Below, piece by piece: positions 12,225 through 22,519 of a stretch of 64,000 nucleotides of DNA (position 1 is its first letter; each line of letters starts with the position of its first letter). The notes below the pieces were generated by a model that worked only from the letters and a program-made list of their open reading frames with translations, made no database searches and was not told the origin of the DNA. A program made the position numbers and the translations under genes. Origin of the DNA: Channa argus (lineage: Eukaryota); the NCBI RefSeq assembly GCF_033026475.1, contig NC_090210.1:20383376-20447375 (forward strand), read 5' to 3'.

Positions 12225-12485
12225 TTTGATGACTCGTCTCCTCTTCCTTGTTTTCATTTCAGAGCGACCATCATGTGGAAGGAAACCACATACACTATGA
12301 ACAAATTACATATTTCAGTGGTAAACAAAAACAACATTTAGGAATGAATGGATTGGACATTACACTTTCCAGTTTATGAATCAACACTACTATTGAGCAC
12401 TTACACATGGATGTAAAGACTCACCCTCCTTTTAAAGAATCTGGAGAAATAGTGACATGAATAGGCGACGAAGTTTTCAACTAAG
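12225..12485 (-). pseudogene. Relics of the pold3 penultimate and antepenultimate exons
   Basis: gaccatcatgtggaaggaaaccacatacactatgaacaaattacata matches gaccctgctgtggaaggaagccacatacagtatgaacaaattacata at 37420-37470. caacactactattgagcacttacacatgg matches 37548-37576. Confidence 0.6.
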
Positions 12486-12779
12486 AAAACATTGTTGGAT
12501 ATAAAAAATAAGTGACGCAAGATCTTCACCATTGTTACTATTACTTATAAATAAGGCTATATGATGCATTTTGTCGACACCCCAGGTCAGCATGGACTTA
12601 TTTGAATTTTAAGTTGCTATATTTATTATATTTATTTGTGTTGTTTTTTTCACTGCAGTTCTATTCCAGAACTGAACTGCAGTGGAAGGTGTAGACTAAA
12701 AATGCCTTGACATATTGATTTGTTATACCAGAAGCATCAGTGGTTTAATGATTAACACCTTGTAGTCTAGTACTTCCAA

Positions 12780-12960
12780 GAATCTCCAAACCTTCACAGA
12801 ATTTAGGTTAATTATAGTGACTAGCTGTGTAACCTCATATGGAGCATGACACTCCTCTCTTACCACGATGCTGCTGTGGGCAGCTGGACAGTTGTCTTTG
12901 ACATTAGGAAAGTAAGGTGTAATCAAAGTTAGAACAAAGTGTAATGTGGATTCTGTTATC
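12780..12960 (+). pseudogene. Degenerate relic of SLC6 exon 13 (penultimate exon)
   Basis: ccacgatgctgctgtgggcagctggacagttgtctttgacattaggaaag matches ccactgtgggcagttggacagatgtgtttgacaccaggaactttcaaacag. Confidence 0.55.
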
Positions 12961-13559
12961 ACAGCTTGGCAAAGAGATACCAGTTAATGCAGCAAGAAAG
13001 ATTGACATTGACACTGTTACAACTTTGAATAGTGGGGAGCGTTGGGTGAAGGGTGAGGAGGTGGGGAAGAGTGTAAGGGGCAGTGTTACTTGATGTCTTT
13101 CCCTGACAGCAGTGAAGTTCCTACTCTACAGTTACAATATTTGATCCTAAGATGAACAGAGAATTAAGAAAAGCAGAAAATCTGAGAAGACATGGAGACA
13201 GAGGACAGTGGGCCAGTAAAACCAAATATATTCTGGTTGTTGCAGGAAATGTGGCCTGAAAAAACGCCAAGCACATCAGACTTTTTATGCATCAAGAGAC
13301 TCGTATGAGAGGCTTTAGTGGAATGAACAAATAGCAATTTGGCAAGGTCATTTATTAACAACTAATCTATTGATGTGTCTTCGTTGACACATGTGAGACA
13401 CAATAACACTGACCTATCTATGTCACCATGTACTTTATCTTTGGACTCGTTAAAGTGCAACTGATATACTAAACCAAATAACATTTAGAATAAGTAACCT
13501 TAACGGTATTTAGAATTAATGCAACAAAACCCAATTTTCCATAACAAATTGTTGTTTAT

Positions 13560-13750
13560 TTATTTGGGTTGAAGGAACTTGTACTGACTCCAGGAGGGGT
13601 TATACCTCATTTATCCCCATCCCCAGCTGTGGAGTGCTGGTCCAAGCCCGGTAGAAATTGGGGAGGGTTGTGTCAGGAAGGGCATCCAGCGTAAAAACTG
13701 TGCTAAACAAACATGCTGACAAATGATCCACTGTGGCGACACTGAACTCA
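13560..13750. repeat. Teleost interspersed repeat (a second family). An inverted copy lies at 39590-39725
   Basis: ctccccagctgtggagtgctggtccaagcccgg...gggcatccagcgtaaaaactgtgctaaacaaacatgctgac...ccactgtggcgac... Reverse-complement match inside a pold3 intron. Confidence 0.6.
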
Positions 13751-13985
13751 TGGGATAAGCCGAAAGGACACCAAAAAATTATAAAAATGAGCTAGTAAAT
13801 TATCTCAAAACTAAAAACTCAAAGGTGTGTTTTCCAATACCTACTCATGTAGGGTCAGTTTTTAAAAACATGTACTAACTTCTTTCATTATAAACACACT
13901 CCATTGAGACATAACCCGGCTCTATATTCTACCTTATGTACTTCTATCCATTGACTCTGGCTTTTCTCCTGCAAACACTGTTGAT

Positions 13986-14004
13986 CTGGACCGTGTACAC
14001 ACAC

Positions 14005-14036
<32 letters not shown>
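13986..14036. repeat. (CA)n microsatellite
   Basis: Direct reading of the sequence. Confidence 0.95.
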
Positions 14037-14040
<4 letters not shown>

Positions 14041-15237
14041 CATTGACAACTATCTGGGATTGAACTGAAACTGCATTCATGTTCGCAATTCTGGATGATG
14101 CTATTATTGCTTGTTTTTGCCAAATTTCCCCTTTTTTAGGCTTTTTAAAATTTACATATACAGTATTTCTTAAACATCTCCTCACCTCAGGCGACAAGTG
14201 ACAAGGCGACCTCAGGCTTGACTCTACCTGAAGCTTGGAAAGGAATCTACTTTTATCTATCTTTTATCTGTATATTTACTGTTTGTTCTAGATCACTGAA
14301 GATTCCTCACATTTTTGTAATATGTTATGCTGGGAATAAACTTGGAAAGAGCAATGGTTTTTTTAAATAATAATAAAAACATTTAGGTTCCATAGTTACT
14401 GAGCATGTAACATTTAGTGGATTTTTGAGGCCTTTTAAAATGTACATATTAAATATCTCCTCACCTCAGGCTCATCAGGGGCTTGACTCTACCTGTAGCT
14501 TGGGAAGGAATCTACTTTTATCTGTATCCAGACATAAAACACCTGGCTAACCTGGAGGTAAAAAGTTTTATGGTAATATCCTAGAATATAAGGAATTTGG
14601 ATCAAACAAAAGTCAATTTAAAACAAACTGCTTCCATAGGACATATATAAAAGAAGACGTTTTGGCAATTTGTGTGTCAAGCCAAAAACCAGGAGGGAAA
14701 GACAAAAACCAATAATCTTAGAGATGCAACAATCAACGATCAGATGATTCTTTTTGTTATCACAGAGAAAAAAAAACATCCACCTAAATCAGCAAAACTG
14801 CCATCCACAGAGCCACACAGCTACAGAAATTGAGAGCTTCTGTGTTTCTTACATTACAGGTCTGGATTGAGGCTGGATCTCAGATATTCTTCTCCTACAG
14901 TCTCACTATAGGCACCCTGAATGTTCTGGGGAGCTACAATGACTACAACAACAACTGTTACAGGTACGTTCAGATCGCTCCAGTTTATATCACATGAACA
15001 TTGGTTGTACTCTTATGTCCCTTTTCTATCTGGTCTGTCCTACCTTGACCTCTAGAGACTGCTTTTGGCTCTGTCTGCTGAACAGTGCGACCAGTTTTTT
15101 TGCTTGATTTGTAGTTTTCTCTGTACTTGGATTCATGGCTCAGAAACAAGGTGTTAGTGTTGACAATGTGGCTGAATCAGGTATAAGTCTTCTGACATTG
15201 TGAACATTCAAACCCAAACATATATATCTAGTACATG

Positions 15238-15268
<31 letters not shown>

Positions 15269-15692
15269 TGTATAGCATGTCACTACCAATTCTGGTGTGT
15301 AATTCTAATACACAGGTCCAGTCCTGGTCTGTCTGCTTCTTCCTGATGCTCATTCTGTTGAGTGTTGACACACATGTAGGATTATTGGACTAAAAACTGA
15401 TCCATCGTAGCTGAACATAGACACAGAAATCACACTAGTTGCTCGTTTCGTTTTTTCCCCAGTTTGTTACAGTAGAGAGTGTTATCACATCTGTGAGTGA
15501 CTTGTTCCCCCAGATGTTTCGTGCCCCAGTGAAGCATAAAATCTTTGTCCTCGTCATATGTTCATCTTTGTTCCTCATACATCTCATTCTGGTCACAGAG
15601 GTAAAGAAAGGTTTAAATTAAAAATATTTCTTTTACAGTTAAAACCAAAGAAATGTTAAACTCTTTACTTTTGAAGTGCTGGCTAATATTCA

Positions 15693-18082
15693 TAGGAGCA
15701 AGGTTCAAGTTGTTCTACCATGGGTCAGATAGGAAAAGAAATGGAGTAGGAGTTATCCTGAAAGGAGTTTTTGAGGAATGTTCTAGAGGTGAACAGAATA
15801 TCAGACAGGTTGATCTGATACTGGAAAGTCTGAAGCTGGAAACTGAAGGTGTTATGTTTAATGTTGTGAGTGGTTATGCCCCACAGGTAGGACGTGAGTG
15901 AGAAGAGAAGGAGAAATTCATGAGTGAGTTAGATGAAGTGATTCAGAACATTCCCAGAGGTGAGAGAGTGGTGATTGGGGCAGATTTCAATAGACATGTA
16001 GGTGAAGTGAACAGAGGTGATGAGAATTTGATGGGCAGGTTTGGTCTTCAGGACAGGAACGCAGAAGGACAAATGGTGGTAGACTTTGCAAAGAGGATGG
16101 AAATGACTGTAGTAAACACTTTCTTCCAGAAGAGGCAGGAACATAGGGTGACGTATAAGAGCGGAAGTAGAAGCACTCAGTTGGACAACATCTTGTGTAG
16201 ACGTTGTAATCTGAAAGAGACCAGTGACTGTAAAGTATTGGTAGGGGAGAGTGTAGCCAGACAACACAGGATGGTGGTGTGTAAAATGATGCTGGTGGTG
16301 AGGAAGATAAGGAGGACTAAGGCAGAGCAGAGGACGAAGTGGTGGAAGTTGAAAAAGGAAGAATGTTGTGTAGTTTTCAGGGAGGAACTGAGACAGACTC
16401 TGGGTGGTCAGGAAGTGCTCCCAGATGACTGGACCACTACAGCTAATGTGATCAGGGAGACAGGTAGGAGGGTACTCTGGGTGTCATCTAGAAAGAGGAA
16501 AGTGGACAAGGAGATTTGGTGGTGGAACGAGGAAGTTCAGGAGTGTATTCAGAGAAAGAGGTTAGCTAAGAAGAAGTGGGACACTGAGAAGACTGAAGTA
16601 GACAGAAGTACAGGGAGATATAGCGTAAGGTGAAGGTAGAGGTGGCAAATTCCAAACAAAGGGCATATGAGGACTTGTATGTTAGGTTGGACACTAAGGA
16701 GGGAGAGGTGGATTTGTACAGGTTGGCCAGACAAAGAGATAGAGATGGGAAGGATGTGCAGCAGGTTAGTGTGATTAAAGATAAGGATGGAAATGTATTG
16801 ACAGGTGCCAGGAGTTTGATGGGAAGATGGAAGGATTGATGAATGAGGAAAATGAAAGGGAGAGTGAGAGTGAAGTGAGGAGGAGGTTGAAGAGGATGAA
16901 GAGTGGAAAGGCAGTTGGTCCTGATAACATACCTGTGGAGGTATGGAAGTGTCTAGGAGAGGTGGCAGTAGAGTTTCTCACTAGTTTGTTTAACAAGATC
17001 TTGGAGAGTGAGAGGATGCCCGAGGACTGGAGGAGAAGTGTACTGGTGCCCATTTTTAAGAAACAGGGAGATGTGCAGAGCTGTGGCAGCTACAGAGGAA
17101 TAAAGCTGATGAGCCACACAATGAAGTTGTGGGAAAGAGTAGTGGAAGCTCGGCTAAGGGCAGAGGTGAACATTTGTGAGCAGCAATATGGTTTCATGCC
17201 TAGAAAGAGTACAACAGATACAGTATTTGATTTGAAGATGCTGATGGAGAAGCACAGAGAAGGTCACAGAGAGTTGCATTGTGTCTACGTAGATTTAGAG
17301 AAAGCGTATGACAGGGTGCCGAGAGAGGAGCTGTGGTTTTGTATGAGGACGTCTGGAGTGGCAGAGAAGTATGTTAGAGTGGTGCAGGACATGTATGAGA
17401 GCTGTAAGACCGTGGTGAGGTGCTGTAGGTGTGACAGAGGAGTTCAAGGTGGAGGTGGGTCTGCATCAAGGATCTGCTCTGAGCCCCTTCTTGTTTGCTC
17501 TGGTGATGGACAGGCTGACAGATGAGGTTAGACAGGAATATCTGTGGACTATGATGTTTGCAGATGACATTGTGATTTGTAGTGAGAGCAGGGAGCAGGT
17601 GGAGGAAAATCTAACAGTGAGAATGAAAGGAAAGATGTTCAAGACGGTGGTGAGACCAGAGATGTTGTTCGGCTTAGAGACAGTGGCACTGAAGAAAAGA
17701 CAGGAGGCAGAGCTGGAGGTAGCAGAGCTTAAGATTTTGAGGTTCTCTTTGGGAGTGACGAGGATGGACAGGATCAGGAATGAGGACATCAGAGGGACAG
17801 CTCATGTTAGATGTGTTGGAGATAAAGTCAGAGAGGCCAGAATGAGGTGGTTTGGACATGTTCAGAGAGACTGTGAATATATCGGTAGAAGGATGCTGAG
17901 GTTGGAGCTGCCAGGCAGGAGGTATAGAGGAAGATCAAAGAGGAGATTAATGGATGTAGTGAGAGAGGACATGAAGTTAGTTGGTGTGTTTGAAGCGGAT
18001 GCAGAGGACAGGGTTAGATGGAGGCACATGATTTGCTCTGGAGACCCCTGAAAGGGAACAGGCCAAGGAAAAGAAGAAGATT
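15693..18082 (+). mobile_element. 5'-truncated non-LTR retrotransposon (apurinic-endonuclease plus reverse-transcriptase LINE, RTE-like or related), frameshifted
   Basis: ORFs 15920-16633, 16827-17525 and 17431-18051. Endonuclease-like VIGADFNRHVGE. RT motifs KSGKAVGPDNIPVEVWK, YGFMPRKSTTD, HCVYVDLEKAYDRV, QGSALSPFLF and FADDIVIC. C-terminal MRWFGHVQR...PGRRYRGRSKRRLMDV. The junctions fall exactly where homology to copy A is lost (15692) and regained (18083). Confidence 0.75.
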
Positions 18083-20134
18083 ACAGTTGAATTGTTTAAA
18101 CAGATGACAGCAGATGATTTATGTACAGTGAACTTTGCTTTGTCATTTTTACAGATTTCCTTTATCTTATACCTGGTTGACTACCAGCATCTTAAGATCA
18201 ACAACTGGTACATTTACCCTGACTGGGCGTACGCATTAGGATGGACAATGACACTTTCCTCTGTTCTCATGGTGCCACTGTGGGCAGTTGGACAGATGTG
18301 TTTGACACCAGGAACTTTCAAACAGGTCAGTGTTTAAGTAGATATTTTCCACAAAGACATAAATCAGTGGAAAGCTCTGCTGGGCTTTGAGGGTTCATTT
18401 GAGAAAGGCTACACATTGATCAGACTGTAGTGGACAAAAATCCCATGAAAGCTGCTCCATAACAAAAATAGAAAAATGTGCATAGGACTACGGTGTTTCC
18501 TTATTACTTTGATTTTATGTTTACTGAACTAGAACATCCTGCAATTTCAGCAGTGGCTGAACAACATGACCTCTGTGAGAGTCACAGTTTACACATGTAT
18601 TGTGGGAATTTACTCACCTTCTTCTTTTCCAGCGTTTGACAATCCTTTGTCGTCCGGTTGACAATCCAGCCTGTGAGACGGAGAATTCAAAACAGCGAGA
18701 GGAGGGGACCACGTTGGAACTGGGGACATGCACAGAGTCCTAATAGTTGGACATTTCAGTTGATACATAAACTTTTGCTAATTAATAGAAGTATAAGCAG
18801 AAATTCAAACTTAACTTAAAAACATTTTTAGCATTTCTTGGTTCTTAGGGTGTATCCAGTTAAACAAACCTGTTATTTTGGTGTTGAATAGAACAATTAT
18901 GGCCATAGATTTGTTGTGTAATAAAGTGTATCAAAAGTTCTTTAAATAACTTTTATTTTAACTCAAATACAAGTTATTATTATTATTATTATAAAATTAG
19001 AAGCACATTTAAATACAACACACGTGCAAGTATCAGACACATAATTGACAAATCAGAAGTAATTCTCAATTAAATGACTGTTTTGATCACTGGGTTGAAG
19101 ATTTTAATAAACTGTGTATGTTCACTGTTTTGAAGTTCTCCAGATTAAAAAAAAATCTAAATATATTTGAGGTTTGAATACAACATGTCTCCTTTAGCAT
19201 GTTTTTTAAAAATAACAAACACAGATAATCATCAAATATGTGACAGATTAAGCAAGGTCCTTTTTAGCAGTTTCACATAAACATAAACCTCTTTAAATTT
19301 GTGGGGTTTTTTTTGTGTGTGTGAATAAATTCTACGTAGTATAAATCCAGCAAATGTGATTCATTCATTCATACATAACCCAAAACCTTTCCGCGTTTGA
19401 TAAGATCTCATCAGTTTAATGCATTAAAGTTTTTAAACTAAGTTGTAAGCGTTTATTGGTTGGAGAAAATAAAATTGTTTCTTTACATTTCAAACCACAT
19501 TCCCTCAATTCTGTGCATTTGGAATATGGTTTCATTTAAATTAGCTATAGAATTATTCGTTTTTCATGATAAAATCACCAAAGTACTTGAGTTGAGTTTC
19601 AACGCAGACGTAGCTCAGAAACGCTTGTTCTCAGTGCAGCAACACTACTGACTAGTTTAAGACACTTACCCGTTCGTCCTCTACACAAACTGAAGCAAGT
19701 TTCAGGTTCAGGGAGCAGAAGAGGTCTTCTGGTTGTAACAGCCTGTTAAAGGCTCAGTCACCAGTTAGCTTGGTAAGGGTCTAGATTGTTTTCAAGAGAT
19801 TAACGTCACTGTATTAATATAATTTAAAGAGGTAACATTGCTGTTGATGTATCCTAAATACATCAATCCCTGTTTGCCTTTCAAAGCTGCAACTAAATAG
19901 CCCACAGGTGGGGAAGAATAAATGGCAAAAGTCCTCTAGTTAAATATTCACGGATGTCGTCATTCTCTTGGACAGAGTAAAAAACTTGTGGACAAACACG
20001 CTGGGGAGGCAGTAAATGTACTATGGAGTCCCGCCCAGGTTTATTGTATGTGTGGGAAACACTGCATACTCCTGCTTACATAGCGGCATAAAGAGAATTT
20101 GAAACATGACATCCGGAGCTCTATAGGCCTGTTG

Positions 20135-20300
20135 TTATCGTTTGAACATTCTCCATTTTGAACAAAGAAAACAAAGGTGGACATACAAAAATAAGTGACT
20201 CACCACCTTCATCACTGCTGTCCCTGGGTGAGATTTCTTAGCTCTTCTTCTTTCCTCCTCTTTGCTGTCAGAATCCTCTATTCGTTTTGCTTCAAAGATA
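20135..20300 (-). pseudogene. Relic of the pold3 acidic/basic exon (true exon at 38646-38749), frameshifted
   Basis: Minus-strand ...EDSDSKEEERRRAKK... matches pold3 ...EDSDSEEEKMEKKKRRRIKK.... The flanking intron sequence also matches (gtgactcacc). A 2-bp insertion breaks the frame. Confidence 0.65.
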
Positions 20301-20439
20301 GAAAGGCCATAGGTTGCCAAATCTAAAAAGTTACTTGTTATTTGTTTAGCAAAATTTGATTTTGCGTATTGTAGCAAAAAAAAGTCTCAGAAGTAAGTTG
20401 CAGTGCAAGGATTTAGTACAACATATAGTTTAGTAATTC

Positions 20440-20560
20440 CCTGTATATCCTGTCCCTCAGATTTCTTTTATCTTGCACCTTGTTACATCAAGTCTGGGCT
20501 CTCTTCTACCTGGAATGCAGGTAGAATTGTAAACTAATGAGAACTAAAAGCAGTTATACA
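20440..20560 (+). pseudogene. Chimeric SLC6 relic (exon 13 start fused to the exon 3 end and intron 3)
   Basis: cagatttcttttatcttgcaccttgttac matches the exon 13 start. caagtctgggctctcttctacctgg...aatgcaggtagaattgtaaactaatgagaactaaaagcag matches 26930-27060. Confidence 0.5.
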
Positions 20561-20800
20561 ACCCCAATTTCAAAGAAGTTGGGACAATGGGAAAATATAA
20601 ATAACTACAAAATGCAATTATTTGCAAATTTCATCATCCCATATTTTACTCACAATAGAACATAAACAACATATCAAATGTTGAAACTGAGACATTTTAT
20701 CATTACAAATGTCAGTGATTCCACTAATCCATCATAACCATGACAGTCTTACTGTCTTACTTCCCAAACCCAGCTACTTGTCTTGTCTCTAACTTCAACA
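20555..20800. mobile_element. Tc1/mariner-family terminal inverted repeat fragment (same family as 30020-30830 and 45620-45670)
   Basis: acaaccccaatttcaaagaagttgggac...atgttgaaactgagacatttt matches, in inverse orientation, 30760-30830. Confidence 0.55.
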
Positions 20801-21019
20801 TATATCATAAAAGATGGATTACAGCACTCGACAGGACTCGAGTCTGTCTCAGGCAAAACACAGAGAGGCAAACACTGACCGACAACCAGAGTCACCAATG
20901 ACCTGACCAATTACCAGTGCTGCCTTGTCCTTGGTCTTTTGGCTTTCGGTCTTAATTAAAAAGCTGTTCTGTTGAGTTGACACAAGGTGGACAGTGAAGA
21001 ATATCCCATTTCTTTGCCT

Positions 21020-22500
21020 TCAGAAACTCTTGTTTAGCTTGGGCTTGATGTTCTGGGTCATTACCCATCTCCAATATGAAGCAGTTATCAGTTCTGCAGC
21101 ATTTGGCGGAATATGAACTGAGTGCACTGCCGTACACACTTCAGAATTTCTCCTGCTACATTTATTGGCCATCAGGTCATCACAGTAAATACCATTCACC
21201 TGGTTCTTTGGCAGCCATACTTGCCCATGCCATAACACTGCCTCTGCCATGTCTGACAGATGATGTGGTATGATTCAAATTATGAGCGGTTTCTTTTTCT
21301 TCTCTATAGTTTTCTCTTCTTATCATTCTGGTAAAAGCTAATTTTGGTTTTATCAGTTCAAAGAATCATGAATCCAAAACTCATCAGGCTTTTGTAGGTG
21401 TTTTCGGAAAAAGTCTAATCTGGCCCTTCTGTCCTTGAGCTTTACCAGTGGTCAGCACCTTGTTGTGAAGCCTCTGTATTTGCATTCATAAAGCCATCTT
21501 TTGATTAAAGACTTGACTTGACTTCACAATGACACAACAACCTCCTCAAGAGTCTTCTTGACTTGGCTAGATGTTGTGAAAGAAATGATGAAATGCACCA
21601 AACTGTTGATAGAATTCCGCAGTCATCCATCCTGTGGTCTCCCAGGCCTTTTACTGTGGTTGCCAGTGAATTCCTTCTTTTGCTGACACAACAAACTGTT
21701 GTGTTGGCCCCTTGCTGTTGCTGATCCTTTGGAGCATGTTTGGTGGCTTGAACATCATCTTTTCAGGTTCAGAATACGTCTCACTCTCATAGCCTCTCCC
21801 TGTCACTGGGGAAAAAAGATAAAAAGATAGAGTCATTACATAATGCTAAATTGGCCCCTCTTTTTTCCCTTCTCTTATGTGGGTTTATTTGGTTTTTTAG
21901 CGTAGCCTCCTTTACTTGCATAAACACTTTCACCTTACATTTCCATTTAGTCATTTAGTAGACTCTTTTATCCAAAGCGACCTCAAGCTGACAGTTCCAG
22001 CAACAATTGTAAAATGGAAAGGTACACTTAGAACCACCTCCAGGCTTTTTATTGTTAGAACCCTTTCAAAACATCTAGCCAAGTCAGGAAGACTCTTGAG
22101 GAGGTTGGTGTGTCATTGTGAAAGTCTTTAATCAAAAGATGGATTTATGAATGTAAATAAAGAGGCTTCACAACAAGGTGCTAAGCACTGGTAAAGCTCA
22201 AGAACAGAAAGTCCCGAAAACACCTACAAAAGCCTGACTAGTTCGGGGTCAAGAAAAAAAAAAATACGGAGAAGAAAAGAAACAGCTCACAATTCAAATC
22301 ATACTATATTATCTGTCACACATAGTAGAGGTAGAGTTATGACATGGGCAAGTATGGCTGCCACACAGAGTACAGCCCAATACACCTCAGAATTCATCCT
22401 GCTACGTTTATCACCAGTCAGGTCGTCAATAAACACCAGTGACCTGGTTCCACTGGCAGCCATACATGACATACATGACTTCACTCACATGTAGCGTGTT
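21020..22500. repeat. Large inverted repeat: two Tc1-like transposase fragments head to head (arms roughly 21020-21600 and 22040-22500) with a spacer of about 450 bp that contains a pold3 last-exon relic (21700-21850)
   Basis: 21404-21585 is the reverse complement of 22040-22215. 21230-21300 is the reverse complement of 22290-22360. Arm translations resemble Tc1 transposase (...LYECKYRGFTTRCKPL...). The relic encodes VTGRGYESETYSEPE, compare pold3 VTEKGYESESYSENED. Confidence 0.7.
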
Positions 22501-22519
22501 TCATTTCAAAATCAATGTG

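Larger units (their letters stand above)
13164..18750 (+). pseudogene. SLC6 copy B, a disrupted tandem duplicate of copy A
   Basis: Exon 1 is truncated after ...VVAGNVA (13164-13256). Exons 2-5 are absent. Exon 6 fragments are duplicated and fused to intron 4 sequence (14200-14570). Exon 7 is at 14866-14969. Exon 8 (15062-15186) carries an in-frame TGA (FVAGFV becomes FFA*FV). Exon 9 is partly deleted (15300-15375) with (CA)n at 15248-15275. Exon 10 is at 15460-15600. Exons 11-12 are replaced by a LINE insertion at 15693-18082. Exons 13 and 14 (18150-18320, 18628-18738) are identical to copy A. Confidence 0.85.

Noticed and set aside
15920-18051. ORFs of 237, 232 and 206 aa that could be taken for host genes
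   Set aside because: They are the endonuclease and RT pieces of a retrotransposon inserted into SLC6 copy B, not cellular genes.
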